A program made the position numbers and the translations under genes. DNA of 64,000 nucleotides, taken from contig JBGAHS010000011.1 of assembly GCA_044226015.1 (NCBI GenBank), positions 64,001-128,000 on the forward strand, read 5' to 3'. Source of the DNA: Candidatus Obscuribacteraceae bacterium. Lineage in GTDB: Bacteria; Cyanobacteriota; Vampirovibrionia; Obscuribacterales; Obscuribacteraceae. Below the pieces are notes generated by a model. The model was not told the DNA's origin, did no database searches, and worked only from the letters and a program-made list of their open reading frames with translations. This document shows, piece after piece, positions 38,255-49,373 of the stretch. Within the stretch, counting starts at the first letter, position 1; each line of letters opens with the position of its first letter.

Positions 38255-39061
38255 TTAGGGAATTCTGGGGTCTACCTTTGCATTTATGTATTTGATTGAC
38301 TCTTTAATATCTTTTGCGCTGGGATGATCTGGCTTAATTTTCAGAGCAGCTTCATACTCTTTGATGGCTTCTTTATCCTTGGCTCGTCCTTGCAGAACAG
38401 TTGCTAAAGTAATGTGGGCATCAGCATTTGTGGGCGCAACCTTAACTGCTTCACGAGCCGCTTTCTCAGCTTCGTCATTCTTCTTTTCGCCCAGCAAAAC
38501 TTTGCTGTATAGCTGAAGAATTCCAGCATCGTTAGGCATTTTTTTTGCGGCTTCTTTTACTTCTGCGTTATAGGCAGCTTGCTTGCCAGGCAACTCTCGC
38601 AGACAGGAAAGCGTTTGGAAATAATACTCGCCAGAAGTCGGTTTCAATTTCAGCGCAGCTCTATAGTATTTTTCAGCATCCGTATACTTCTTCATCATTT
38701 TGCTTAAGCTGGCGACCTGCTCAACGTTCTGAGCGTCAGCTCCTTTTGCTTTGTAGGCTGCCTCGGCCTCTGCCAATGCCTCGGGCATCATATTTTGACC
38801 TTGATAGATTTTGCTCAAATTACGATGATAATTTGCATCTTTCGGGTCTAATTTTATAGCTGTCTTGAACTCTTCAATAGCTTCTTTTACTTTGCCCTGA
38901 TTGTAGAGAGCAATACCTTGTTTATTGTGAGCAAATGACTCTGGAGTTGCTGAGAAAGATGGGGCTGCGGAAATTACAAAAAGCGACCCTATCGCGCAAA
39001 GCAACTTGTACTGCGCCAATAACCTCATCAAAAATCCTCCATTACTAAGGGAAAGCGACAT
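38255..39061 (-). CDS. Exported TPR protein
   Basis: Signal peptide and several A..EY..AL...P TPR motifs. Confidence 0.85.
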   Translation of the reverse strand: MSLSLSNGGFLMRLLAQYKLLCAIGSLFVISAAPSFSATPESFAHNKQGIALYNQGKVKEAIEEFKTAIKLDPKDANYHRNLSKIYQGQNMMPEALAEAEAAYKAKGADAQNVEQVASLSKMMKKYTDAEKYYRAALKLKPTSGEYYFQTLSCLRELPGKQAAYNAEVKEAAKKMPNDAGILQLYSKVLLGEKKNDEAEKAAREAVKVAPTNADAHITLATVLQGRAKDKEAIKEYEAALKIKPDHPSAKDIKESIKYINAKVDPRIP

Positions 39062-39096
39062 CCGTTGCCGAATGTCGCTCTTTTGTTATTCCAATT

Positions 39097-40731
39097 CTAG
39101 ATCATCGCCGGTTCTCGGTATGCGCCCCATACTTCGCGCATTACATTCGAAATTTCTCCAACGGTCGCATACGCCTTACATGCTTCCAGAATGAGTGGGA
39201 AGCTGTGCTCTCCGGTCTTTAATCCGTTCTTCAATGTGCTGAGCGTTTCAGCAACTTTCTGAGAATCTCTGCGAGCACGAAGGTCAGTAAGTCGTTTAGT
39301 CTGACGTTCTTGATATTGCATACCAATTTTCAGAATCTCAATTTTCTGCCCAGGAGCTTCTTCGCGGAAGGAGTTAAGTCCGATGAACCGAAATTCGTCA
39401 TTATCTAGTTTTTGTTGGAATCTGTATGCAGCATCAGCTATTTCTTTCATGAAGAAACCCTTCTCAATGCCTACCATGACACCACCGATTTCTTCGATCT
39501 TGCGGAAGTATTCGTTAGCGCCTTTTTCCATTTCATTTGTGAGCCACTCTACATAGTAGGAACCAGCGAGTGGATCAACCACATTTGCAACACCCGTTTC
39601 GTGAGCGATGATTTGTTGTGTTCTCAGTGCGACGTGAGCAGCCTTTTCTGTAGGTAGTCCGAGAACTTCATCCATCGAATTGGTATGCAAAGATTGTGTT
39701 CCGCCCAAGACTCCTGCCAGAGCTTCAATTGCAGTACGAATGATATTATTTTCCGGCTGTGGTGCTGTCAAACTGCATCCAGCTGTTTGTGTATGGAAGC
39801 GAAGCTTCAATGAACGTTCATCTTTAGCACCATAGTGATCGCGCAAACGCTTAGCCCAAATTCGGCGAGCGGCACGATATTTCGCAATCTCTTCAAAGAA
39901 ATCGATGTGAGCATTGAAGAAGAATGAAAGGCGCGGTACGAAATCATCTACCTGTAGCCCAGCTTCGATGCCAGCGTCAACGTAGGCAAATCCATCAGCC
40001 AATGTGAACGCTAGCTCTTGAATGGCTGTCGCGCCGGCTTCACGGATATGATAGCCACTTACTGAAATTGTGTTCCAACGTGGAACTTCTTTCGTACAGT
40101 ACACCATCATGTCTTGAATCAACTTCAGAGCTGGTCTTGGTGGCAACAAATAAGTCTTTTGCGCGATGTACTCTTTAAATATGTCGTTTTGCAAAGTACC
40201 ATTCAGCTTCTTCAAGTCGAAACCGCGCTTTTGAGCGTTGGCAAGAAACATGCAGAATACGATGATTGCAGGTCCATTTATCGTCATTGATGTCGACAAT
40301 TGATCGAGAGGCAAGTCCTTATAAAGGATTTCCATGTCCTCGAGACTGTCAATGGCGACGCCGCAAACGCCGACCTCACCGTGCGCTTTCGGATCATCAG
40401 AGTCGTAACCCATAAGCGTAGGCAGGTCAAACGCTGTAGACAAGCCAGTTTGTCCCTGGGAAAGCAAATATCTGAATCTTGCATTGGTCTCTTCCGGACC
40501 GCCGTAACCGGCGAACTGACGCATCGTCCAGAATTTGCCACGATACATGTTTTTGTGAATTCCACGTGTATATGGGAACTCACCAGGTTCGGATAAATCG
40601 CGCTTTATGTCCCACCCCTTAAGGTCATCCTGGGTGTAGCAAGCTTTCAGAGGAATGTCTGAAAGGCTGTATTTGACCTGCTCCGAGCCTTCTTTTTGTG
40701 GCTTTGTCATTTCCTGGACCATCGTTTTCAC
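39097..40731 (-). CDS. icmA: B12-dependent acyl-CoA mutase large subunit, isobutyryl-CoA-mutase-type specificity residues
   Basis: PGEFPYTRG, WTMRQFAG, KEYIAQ, SGYHIREAG, HTNSMDE; no DxHxxG B12-binding domain. Confidence 0.8.
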   Translation of the reverse strand: MKTMVQEMTKPQKEGSEQVKYSLSDIPLKACYTQDDLKGWDIKRDLSEPGEFPYTRGIHKNMYRGKFWTMRQFAGYGGPEETNARFRYLLSQGQTGLSTAFDLPTLMGYDSDDPKAHGEVGVCGVAIDSLEDMEILYKDLPLDQLSTSMTINGPAIIVFCMFLANAQKRGFDLKKLNGTLQNDIFKEYIAQKTYLLPPRPALKLIQDMMVYCTKEVPRWNTISVSGYHIREAGATAIQELAFTLADGFAYVDAGIEAGLQVDDFVPRLSFFFNAHIDFFEEIAKYRAARRIWAKRLRDHYGAKDERSLKLRFHTQTAGCSLTAPQPENNIIRTAIEALAGVLGGTQSLHTNSMDEVLGLPTEKAAHVALRTQQIIAHETGVANVVDPLAGSYYVEWLTNEMEKGANEYFRKIEEIGGVMVGIEKGFFMKEIADAAYRFQQKLDNDEFRFIGLNSFREEAPGQKIEILKIGMQYQERQTKRLTDLRARRDSQKVAETLSTLKNGLKTGEHSFPLILEACKAYATVGEISNVMREVWGAYREPAMI

Positions 40732-40876
40732 CTGTATTGATCAAATATTAGCTGAGTTTACCGGGAAGAACATGATACTTGCCGGCTAGCTCAGGTATGA
40801 TCATCCTCTGTTTAGACCGGAAATCCGGCATACTGTAATCATTTCCTAACGCAAATTTGATATATCGGAGAGAGTC

Positions 40877-42598
40877 ATGACAACAGCCAGTACAACCAGC
40901 GGCCATGCAATTATTGACGCCATTTTGGAAAGCAAAGCACCCATCAAGGTTTCAGCCCCACATGGCACAGAGTTGAACAGCAAAGGTTGGATACAAGAAG
41001 CCGCTTTGCGGATGCTTTTGAACAATCTAGACCCAGATGTTGCCGAAAACCCAATGGAGCTTGTAGTTTACGGCGGGTCGGGTAAAGCAGCAAGAAACTG
41101 GGATTGTTTCAAAGCTATTGTCAAATCGCTAACTGAGCTCGGTAACGATGAAACTCTGCTTGTGCAATCCGGTAAGCCAGTCGGAATTTTCAAAAGCCAT
41201 GAAGATGCCCCTCGCGTTTTAATCGCGAACTCAAACCTTGTCGGAGCCTGGGCAAACTGGGACTACTTCCGTGACCTTGAGAAACGTGGGCTCATAATGT
41301 TTGGACAAATGACCGCAGGCTCTTGGATTTACATCGGCACCCAGGGGATTCTCCAAGGCACCTACGAAACATTCGCAGAACTGGCAAGGAAACACTTCGG
41401 AGGCAGCCTCAAAGGACGCGTAGTTCTGACAGCAGGGCTTGGTGGCATGGGTGGTGCACAACCTCTTGCAGTCACGATGAATGATGGGGTTGCGCTCTGC
41501 ATAGAAGTTGACCAACACAGAATTCAAAGAAGAATTGAGACCCGTTATTGTGATAAGCAAGCAAAAGATCTTGATGACGCGCTCAAGCTAGTCAAAGAAG
41601 CGGCAGAAAAAGGGGAAGGAGTATCCATCGCACTTCTCGGAAACGCAGCGGAATTGTTACCGGAACTTATCAAAAAAGGCTTTAAGCCTGATGCGGTGAC
41701 AGACCAGACCTCTGCTCACGACCCACTCAATGGTTATGTGCCAATCGGGTACAGCCTGGATGCAGCAGCCAAGCTACGAAAGGAAGACTCTAAAACTTAT
41801 CTGAAGCACTCCGTAGATTCGATCTGTAAACATGTCGAAGCAATGCTCCAGTTCCAGAAGAACGGCTCTATTGTGTTCGATTATGGCAACAACATTCGTC
41901 AGGTTGCTAAAGACGCAGGGGTTTCGAATGCATTCGATTTCCCTGGTTTCGTGCCCGCTTTCATTCGACCACTATTTTGCGAGGGCAAGGGTCCTTTCCG
42001 CTGGGCTGCTTTATCGGGAGATCCCAAAGACATCGAGACAATAGACAAAGCTATCCTCGAACATTTTGCCGATAATGAGTCGCTTTGCAGATGGATCAAA
42101 ATGGCCGGTGAGCGAGTTGCTTTTCAGGGGCTGCCTGCAAGAATATGCTGGCTCGGTTATGGCGATCGAGCCAGACTGGGGCTCATCATCAATGAACTAG
42201 TCGCCAGCAAGAAACTCAAAGCACCTATCGTTATCGGAAGAGACCATCTCGATTGTGGTTCAGTCGCGTCACCAAATCGCGAAACAGAATCGATGAAAGA
42301 CGGCTCTGATGCGATAGCTGATTGGGTTTTCCTGAACGCTATGATCAATGCTGTTGGCGGTGCGAGCTGGGTATCAGTACATCATGGCGGTGGTGTCGGA
42401 ATTGGATATTCCCTCCACGCCGGACAAGTCATAGTTGCAGATGGCAGCAAGTCTGCTGCAGAGCGCCTTCAACGCGTGCTCACAAGCGACCCAGGAATGG
42501 GTGTGATACGCCATGTCGACGCCGGTTATGATGAGGCGATTCAGTTTGCAGAAGCTAGTGGAGTACGAATTCCGATGAAAGAGCGGCCCTCGAAATAA
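40877..42598 (+). CDS. hutU: Urocanate hydratase
   Basis: [41 protein letters not shown]. Confidence 0.97.
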   Translation: MTTASTTSGHAIIDAILESKAPIKVSAPHGTELNSKGWIQEAALRMLLNNLDPDVAENPMELVVYGGSGKAARNWDCFKAIVKSLTELGNDETLLVQSGKPVGIFKSHEDAPRVLIANSNLVGAWANWDYFRDLEKRGLIMFGQMTAGSWIYIGTQGILQGTYETFAELARKHFGGSLKGRVVLTAGLGGMGGAQPLAVTMNDGVALCIEVDQHRIQRRIETRYCDKQAKDLDDALKLVKEAAEKGEGVSIALLGNAAELLPELIKKGFKPDAVTDQTSAHDPLNGYVPIGYSLDAAAKLRKEDSKTYLKHSVDSICKHVEAMLQFQKNGSIVFDYGNNIRQVAKDAGVSNAFDFPGFVPAFIRPLFCEGKGPFRWAALSGDPKDIETIDKAILEHFADNESLCRWIKMAGERVAFQGLPARICWLGYGDRARLGLIINELVASKKLKAPIVIGRDHLDCGSVASPNRETESMKDGSDAIADWVFLNAMINAVGGASWVSVHHGGGVGIGYSLHAGQVIVADGSKSAAERLQRVLTSDPGMGVIRHVDAGYDEAIQFAEASGVRIPMKERPSK

Positions 42599-42806
42599 CG
42601 CTGCCTCTGACGCTGCGAAGCACAAAGTAGCAAAAAAACCGAACTTCCAGATTCAGCCCGAGAAGATTAGATCATTCTTCAAAGGCTGAATCTTGCTATT
42701 GAAGGGTGCCTGCATAATTCCACAGCGTGAAGATGCGAATTCTCTCCTATCGGGCTTCGGTGGGCTTTAATAACCTGAAACTATACCAATTGGCAGGATT
42801 GGCGGA

Positions 42807-43661
42807 ATGAATGAACTGCACTTAAGCAAGAACGAATTACTTGGTTCAAGCGAGCAAAAATCAAGTCAATCTTGGATTGCAAATTATGCTGCTGACGTAT
42901 GGCAGAACCCATCAGAGCACAAAACTGAAATAGCCCTGGGACTTGTTGGCGTGCTCGGAATCGCCACTGCCAGCACTCTGACGGCACGAAGATTAATCGG
43001 GCAAGTAGAAGAAAGAAAGATAGGCTCTCTTCTTGGCGATGGCACTTTAGCTAAGCAAGTTCCTGTGTCGCCTGCTGAGCGATTCTACAAAATGCCAGAT
43101 AGAGAAGTACAGAAACTTGTGACAGATTTACAGGAGAACCATGGCATAAGGCTCAGCAGTTGGGGAAGTACGAGAATTGAGGGTACAGAAAACGAAACCT
43201 TGAAAGTACTTCGCAGTTCCAACGGTGCGGCACTTAAAGTAGAGCAAGGCGAGCAAACTTTATTCGCACACAAAATAAACACGAGCACTACGGGCGATAC
43301 TACATTTTCCTACTACACAAGAGGTCCTCTCCAACTTAAGAACCCATGGATCACTGATGAAGCTGTGGCTTGGCCGCTCAAGACCGGCGGTCCGGTTGAC
43401 GGATTGAAATCGCTGGGTGCGGAGATACTAGAAATGCAAAAGCCCCGAGGTTTTCACTACTCACCTGACCTGAACAAAATTACTTTTAAATGGACAGATA
43501 TGAAGGTTACGTTGGAACCCAGGCTTGCATCGACACTGGCACGATCTCCCGGCAAACAAGAGCTTGGCGAAATCACGGTAAGCGGCAAAGATGCAGCCAT
43601 AACAGGTCTTGGTGAAATTAGCGTTGCAAAGGCTCGTTTCAGTTTCAACGGCAAATTTTGA
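42807..43661 (+). CDS. Hypothetical protein with one N-proximal hydrophobic helix
   Basis: 284-aa ORF; IALGLVGVLGIATA segment. Confidence 0.65.
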   Translation: MNELHLSKNELLGSSEQKSSQSWIANYAADVWQNPSEHKTEIALGLVGVLGIATASTLTARRLIGQVEERKIGSLLGDGTLAKQVPVSPAERFYKMPDREVQKLVTDLQENHGIRLSSWGSTRIEGTENETLKVLRSSNGAALKVEQGEQTLFAHKINTSTTGDTTFSYYTRGPLQLKNPWITDEAVAWPLKTGGPVDGLKSLGAEILEMQKPRGFHYSPDLNKITFKWTDMKVTLEPRLASTLARSPGKQELGEITVSGKDAAITGLGEISVAKARFSFNGKF

Positions 43662-43807
43662 GCTAGCTTTAGCCAGATTACAGTTCCACTAATTTCCCAA
43701 GCTAGCAACGTGAACGTTGGATTAGATCCGCTTCTTATATGTGAACGCTCAAATGTAATGTCGATCAGTTCGTTCGTTTTGTACAAGCAGCGCTATAATT
43801 TCAGTCT

Positions 43808-44887
43808 ATGCTAAACGATCAGTCTGAATTGACACATGCAGCTCTTTCGAATGGCCAATTCATCGAGAAGCTGCTGAAAATAATCGACACCCAAGCCGTA
43901 CTCGGCTCGGCGGAATTCGACCTGGACCAATTTATGCAGATAGTTGTAAGCAATATGCAAGAGCTGACAAGAGCTAGCGGAGCCATTATTGAGCTCATTG
44001 AAGGAGATTCACTTGTTTATAAAGCTGCATGTGGAACAGCAGCCCCGTTCGTCAATCTCCGCGTTTTGAGGTCTCAGAGTTTATCAGGACAGTGTGCAAG
44101 AGATCGAGAAATCAAAATTTGTGATGACACCAGCACTGATAATAGAGTCGATAAAAACGCATGCCAGAAAGTCGGCGCAGCATCAATGATTTGTGTTCCC
44201 CTGGCAAGAGGCACAGAAGTTGTAGGTGTTTTGAAAGTTGTTTCAGATCAGAAGCATCAATTCAATCAAACTGACGTGCAAACCCTCAGGCTGATGGCTG
44301 GTCTTTTAGGCGGAACACTTGGACAACAAATTGAAATTTCCAAACGACTCGAGCTTGAACATAGTTTGCGATATCAATCACATCATGATGGTTTGACTGG
44401 TTTGCCTAACCGAACACTTTTTTATGATCGACTGGGTCATGCTATCAGAAGAAGCGTCCGAAACAAATGTGCTCTTGCTCTTCTGTACATGGATATTGAT
44501 CACTTCAAATCTGTAAATGATACACATGGACACCTGGTCGGCGACCTTCTCCTCAAACAATTCAGCGAGAGAATACAGAATGTACTTCGCGCTTCTGACA
44601 CATTTTCTCGCTTAGGTGGAGATGAATTCACTGTGATTTTGGAAGACATTAACGATTCCAAACAGGTAGACACAGTTGCCGAAAAAATTGTAAAAGCTGC
44701 AAAAGAGGAATTCGACCTTGGAGATCGCAAACTACTAGTGAGCTCAAGTGTCGGAGTTGCTCTGAGTGAGAATGCATGCGTTGACCCTGATTACTTGATT
44801 AAACTAGCAGATTCAGCATTGTATGCTGCAAAAAAATCCGGAAGGGCTTGTTATGCGTACTCTGAAGTATCGATTTACGGCTTCTGA
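43808..44887 (+). CDS. GAF-GGDEF diguanylate cyclase
   Basis: HDGLTGLPNR, DIDHFKSVND, RASD I-site, RLGGDEF. Confidence 0.92.
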   Translation: MLNDQSELTHAALSNGQFIEKLLKIIDTQAVLGSAEFDLDQFMQIVVSNMQELTRASGAIIELIEGDSLVYKAACGTAAPFVNLRVLRSQSLSGQCARDREIKICDDTSTDNRVDKNACQKVGAASMICVPLARGTEVVGVLKVVSDQKHQFNQTDVQTLRLMAGLLGGTLGQQIEISKRLELEHSLRYQSHHDGLTGLPNRTLFYDRLGHAIRRSVRNKCALALLYMDIDHFKSVNDTHGHLVGDLLLKQFSERIQNVLRASDTFSRLGGDEFTVILEDINDSKQVDTVAEKIVKAAKEEFDLGDRKLLVSSSVGVALSENACVDPDYLIKLADSALYAAKKSGRACYAYSEVSIYGF

Positions 44888-44926
44888 GCCAGCTCAGAAC
44901 CAACGAAAATGTTCTTACAAGAATGC

Positions 44927-45601
44927 TTAAAATATGCAGCTTGAGTCAGCATGAATGAGTTCGAATACTTCGGCGTATTCCCCCTTCATTGTCATGGCTG
45001 CACGGTATTTCGCCAATCCCTCCACAGCGGCAAGATAATTGACACCAGCAACCTGCGAAAAGTGCTCTGCTAAAGCCATTAATTTGGTTTCCATAGCTGA
45101 AGAAATGTCGAAAGCAATTTGGTGCTGATTAATCGGATTCCAAACCTCATAGCCGAGAACCTTTCCAACTGTATGAGGTTTTCCAGCTGCAGCGGGATAC
45201 CAGGGTCCCTTTGCTGCTTCAATTGCAGAAATCGTCAATCTATTTATGACTACATGATCCGGGAAATGATCCGAACTAGAATGAGTAAACACAATTTCAG
45301 GAGCATACTCACGTATGAGCCTTATCAGATCAACTTTATTCTCTTTAGTGAAGGAGCAAAGTCCGTCTGGCATCCCCAAAAACTCTATCGCATTAGCTCC
45401 AATAATCTGGGCAGAACGTCGTGCTTCCTCTTTTCGCCGTGAAGCTAGTTCATCGCAAGGTTCGCTCAAACTCCCCTCTTCACCATTGGTAGCAACAACA
45501 TGTATTAATTCAAAGCCTCTTTCTCTCAGCAGAATTTCAGTGCCTGCACAGCCTATTTCAATATCATCTGGGTGTGCACCGATAGACATAACTGTTCTCA
45601 T
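44927..45601 (-). CDS. PIG-L/LmbE-family deacetylase
   Basis: GAHPDDIE, TNGEEG, RKEEA, HFPDH. Confidence 0.9.
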   Translation of the reverse strand: MRTVMSIGAHPDDIEIGCAGTEILLRERGFELIHVVATNGEEGSLSEPCDELASRRKEEARRSAQIIGANAIEFLGMPDGLCSFTKENKVDLIRLIREYAPEIVFTHSSSDHFPDHVVINRLTISAIEAAKGPWYPAAAGKPHTVGKVLGYEVWNPINQHQIAFDISSAMETKLMALAEHFSQVAGVNYLAAVEGLAKYRAAMTMKGEYAEVFELIHADSSCIF

Positions 45602-46767
45602 GCCGAATTCCTTCGTGCAATTACATCAGCAATTATGGATGAGGGTGAGCGATCCATCGGCGGGTGCTTGAAGCTTGGCTTGCTCTCGGCATTTGCCAGA
45701 AGCTCGCAAGTCCTTTTGAAAACGAACGAAGGGTCACTTCCAATTACTTGGGTGGTTCCGTTGCCAATTCCGTCACATCTCTCGCTTGCGTCTCGCAGAA
45801 CAAGTACGTTTTTACCGAGGAAAGCGGCCTCTTCCTGAACACCGCCAGAATCAGTCAGAATCAGAGTTGATTCTGACATCAAGCGCAGAAACTCAGGGTA
45901 TTCTATCGGTGGGCAAAGTATCACATTTGGAATAGCGTCAAAAACCTCGCAAGCAAGATTGCTCACGGCAGGACTTGGATGCACAGGAAATATAAAACAT
46001 GACTGGGGCTGCTGCTCTGCCACCATTCGCAGTGCCTCCATAATAGGTTTCAATGAAACTGACCCTTGCGCCCTTCGGTGTAAAGTCATCAGAACAGTTT
46101 TTGCATATTTAGCTAAATCATGTTCAGCAAGTTTTTTTGATGTACCAACGCGCCGTGAGGAAGCACTCATTTGGGAGATTGCATCATACAAGGTATTCCC
46201 AGTCACAGTAATATTCTCCGGTTTCACTCCGTCAGCAATCAAATTCTTATGTGCATTCTCTGATGTTGCAAAATGATGGGCAGACATCTTAGTAATACAC
46301 TGACGATTAAATTCTTCGGGAAACGGCGAGTCGAGAAGAAAGGTGCGCAATCCGGCTTCCAGATGAAAGAAAGGAATGCCATGATAAAACGATGAAAGCG
46401 CTGCAGCATAACAAGTCGTGGTATCACCATGAGCCAGCACCAGATCGGGTTTCTCCTTTGCAAACATGTTTTCCAGTGCCAAAAGAAGATTCGAAGTCAA
46501 CTGCGAAAGTGACTGACCTTTACGCATTACTTGTAAATCGAAGTCAGGTTTGAGATCAAATGCTGCTAGTGCTTGCGTTAGCAATTCCTGATGCTGTCCC
46601 GTCGAAATAAGCCTGGTTGTTAGTTCCTCGCGGGTTGTCAGAGCTTTATAAACTGGTGCTGTCTTTATTGCCTCAGGCCGTGTTCCAATCACTATGTGCA
46701 CATTTGTCTTTTTCGCACCAGCAGTTAAATTTGCAGCTGCACTGTTTGAACAATTCATTTTCGTCAT
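45598..46767 (-). CDS. wecB: Non-hydrolysing UDP-GlcNAc 2-epimerase
   Basis: GTRPEAIK, TGQH, HGDT, HLEAGLRT, PFPEEFNR, DSGGVQEEA. Confidence 0.93.
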   Translation of the reverse strand: MTKMNCSNSAAANLTAGAKKTNVHIVIGTRPEAIKTAPVYKALTTREELTTRLISTGQHQELLTQALAAFDLKPDFDLQVMRKGQSLSQLTSNLLLALENMFAKEKPDLVLAHGDTTTCYAAALSSFYHGIPFFHLEAGLRTFLLDSPFPEEFNRQCITKMSAHHFATSENAHKNLIADGVKPENITVTGNTLYDAISQMSASSRRVGTSKKLAEHDLAKYAKTVLMTLHRRAQGSVSLKPIMEALRMVAEQQPQSCFIFPVHPSPAVSNLACEVFDAIPNVILCPPIEYPEFLRLMSESTLILTDSGGVQEEAAFLGKNVLVLRDASERCDGIGNGTTQVIGSDPSFVFKRTCELLANAESKPSFKHPPMDRSPSSIIADVIARRNSA

Positions 46768-46780
46768 TTTTTATCGCTCA

Positions 46781-47497
46781 TTATTTATTTGCGTATTCGC
46801 TATTTTTCAATGCCTCAGCGATGATCTTTGAAGCAACACTGAAAGCTTCTCGAGAGATTCGACAGGACTCTTTTACATCTTTAGCAAGCACAGCAGCTAC
46901 TAATCGTTCGCCGTTTTCAATGCAGCCCAAGAGTACTTCCTCATTCTCATATGACTGGTACATGCTAGCAACGCGATAGCGTGCAGCCTGGTCATAAAGC
47001 AATTCTCTAATTTTCAACAACCAATCAGAGCCGCAATTCTTCACCAATGAAAAAAGGAAAACTCGTTGCAAGCGATCCCACTCGACTGGATCAATTTTCT
47101 TGTTTACTCTGGGGTCGATGTATCTTGAAAATTTATGCCAACTGGACAGAATATCAGCTTCCCAATTCGCATCACCATTGCTGATGGCTAGTTGGAGCGC
47201 AAGGTCTTCGATGTGAGCACGAACCAAATAAATGTCCTCCAGTTCTTTCAAGGAGAGGGACGATACACAAAAACCACACTGTTCTTCGACTCGTACAAAT
47301 CCGCTTACTGTCAGTTTTGCCAGAGCCTCTCGCAATGGGCTAACGCTAGTTCCATATCGATCCTTTAAAGAATCCATCAGCAACCGCTCATCGGGAGCCA
47401 AGGTTCCATTCAAGATGTCAGCTTGCAAGCGTTCCATAACTTGAGTTGTTTTGGTCGGCTTAGTTGTTTTCTTATTGACCTGGCTCATTCTCCGCAA
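46781..47497 (-). CDS. GntR-family (FCD) transcriptional regulator
   Basis: wHTH with SVSPLREAL; FCD region ELEDIYLVR. Confidence 0.88.
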   Translation of the reverse strand: MRRMSQVNKKTTKPTKTTQVMERLQADILNGTLAPDERLLMDSLKDRYGTSVSPLREALAKLTVSGFVRVEEQCGFCVSSLSLKELEDIYLVRAHIEDLALQLAISNGDANWEADILSSWHKFSRYIDPRVNKKIDPVEWDRLQRVFLFSLVKNCGSDWLLKIRELLYDQAARYRVASMYQSYENEEVLLGCIENGERLVAAVLAKDVKESCRISREAFSVASKIIAEALKNSEYANK

Positions 47498-47542
47498 CCT
47501 CTAACTGAAGCTCCGGCGAACGACCGGGCTATTGACATTCCT

Positions 47543-47598
47543 TGATTACGAAATCAGAATAGCACGATTTTCGAAAATCCCTAGAATTTTCGAAAATT
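47543..47598. promoter_or_regulatory. Array of palindromic operators upstream of the GntR gene
   Basis: GATTTTCGAAAATC (47566-79), AATTTTCGAAAATT (47585-98), and degenerate TGATTACGAAATCA (47543-56). Confidence 0.7.
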
Positions 47599-47824
47599 AC
47601 ACGTAGAAGGCAGAAAATCATTGCCTGCCTTAGGCTTAAAGGCGAAAAGCAGCATTTCTGAAGCTCATTAGTTCATTAATTTTCAGATTTTAGGAAAGTG
47701 GCCCCGGCAGTAGAAGGCTCCAAGAAAGAATCATCACATAAGCTCAATAGAATCAAATATTCAAATGTATGCATGTTTGCACACGAACACTTGAACAAGA
47801 AGGAAGAGAAAGGAGAAAAACGAT

Positions 47825-48199
47825 ATGTCACTGGCAAACACTTCTGAACAAACTCTATTTGACGATGTACTAATTCCATTCTTACGTGAGAAATGGCATG
47901 ACATCGACCAGATCGACACGGACTCGAAAAGAAAAGATGGACGTCTTACTCACGATGAATTGACAGATGCCTACAAGACAGCGTTGAAAGAAAAACGGTC
48001 AATCGATGCGTGGATCCTAAATGAAATCCTAAAACGCTACGACAAATTGTGCCTCTCTTACGACGACGGCTATTGGTGGCGAGATGAGTCTATTCTCGGA
48101 ATCTCAGAGGAAGATGTGTCGGTTTATAGACAACTTGCCGCAATTAAATCCAAAAGGATGAAAAGCAAACCCACTCCCAAACCATGGTTGCAGAGCTGA
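47825..48199 (+). CDS. Hypothetical protein with an EF-hand-like loop
   Basis: AGGAG RBS; DQIDTDSKRKDGRLTHDEL. Confidence 0.65.
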   Translation: MSLANTSEQTLFDDVLIPFLREKWHDIDQIDTDSKRKDGRLTHDELTDAYKTALKEKRSIDAWILNEILKRYDKLCLSYDDGYWWRDESILGISEEDVSVYRQLAAIKSKRMKSKPTPKPWLQS

Positions 48200-48242
48200 C
48201 ACTCATTCGAGTGTACTAATAAACTAAAAACGATAAAATAAC

Positions 48243-49373
48243 ATGTCCATCTCTAAATCGATATCCGGTGACATTTACCTTGCTGTAGCAACCGTCGCCA
48301 TTTTGTTTGCACTGTTGTATGCAGCCATTCATGAACTCATGGATGTCTCGAAACAGGAAGAACGAGCTTACGAGGTTCTAAGCACTGTATCCTCTGTGCA
48401 CGATCTAATTAGCGAAATCAATGACGCTGAATCGGCAAAGAGAGGCTATGTAATTACTGGCAAATCCGATTTTCTGGAACCTTATATCAGAGCAAAGACC
48501 AACGTTCCAAAATTGCTACTGGAATTATCGAAAGAACAAAATCAACACACACAACAAAAGCGACTATCTAATTTAAAAGATCTCGTTCAGAAGAGACTTC
48601 GCATGATGGACGAGATCGTTTTACTAGCACAAAAAGGTGAATTTAACGAAGCATCCCAAATCATAAGCTCTAAGAGCGGTCTCTATGCGCACAACGCAAT
48701 AAGAAATGAGGCAAACAAACTCATCGATTCGGAAACAGAGCTGCTCCTTAAAGACCTCGTCCGCGCATCTGAATCCAGAGAATGGGCTTCCAAATTCTTG
48801 CTGGTCTTTGGCTCGTTTAGCTCAATTGCGCTGGTACTTCTGTTGCAGCGGCTCCACGTTCTGCATTCGAGACTTATTGATGCTGCGATGAAGGATGAGC
48901 TTACGGGCTTGCTAAACCGAAGGGCACTGATGGATCTCTCCGAGAAGTATATCGAATTCTCAGCAAGGCAAGAATTGCAATGTGCTGTAATTTTTGCTGA
49001 TCTCGACGGACTTAAGAAGATCAACGACGAATTCGGCCATCATCTAGGCTCGGAAGCAATTGCGAATTTCGCAAAAGTGTTTTCATCTGCATTGAGAAAA
49101 AGTGACCTGGTCTGTCGTTACGGTGGGGACGAATTCGTAGCATTGCTGAGCATAAAAACCGAAGATTCGGTCCAAGTACTTATCTCAAGAATCAACGCAC
49201 TGCTTGATGAAGAGAAGCATTCAAACAACGGAAAACCAAGCCTGCGCGCAAGTATAGGGTGGAATCTTGTGGAAGGCTCAAGCTGGGAGGCAGTTAACAC
49301 TGCTATCGAAAAAGCGGACCACAAAATGTACATGGTGAAGAAAGAACGCAAACAAAAGGCTCAACCCACCTGA
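48243..49373 (+). CDS. CHASE3-GGDEF diguanylate cyclase
   Basis: DAESAKRGYVITG...FLEPY (CHASE3) between two TM segments; DELTGLLNR, RYGGDEF. Confidence 0.9.
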   Translation: MSISKSISGDIYLAVATVAILFALLYAAIHELMDVSKQEERAYEVLSTVSSVHDLISEINDAESAKRGYVITGKSDFLEPYIRAKTNVPKLLLELSKEQNQHTQQKRLSNLKDLVQKRLRMMDEIVLLAQKGEFNEASQIISSKSGLYAHNAIRNEANKLIDSETELLLKDLVRASESREWASKFLLVFGSFSSIALVLLLQRLHVLHSRLIDAAMKDELTGLLNRRALMDLSEKYIEFSARQELQCAVIFADLDGLKKINDEFGHHLGSEAIANFAKVFSSALRKSDLVCRYGGDEFVALLSIKTEDSVQVLISRINALLDEEKHSNNGKPSLRASIGWNLVEGSSWEAVNTAIEKADHKMYMVKKERKQKAQPT

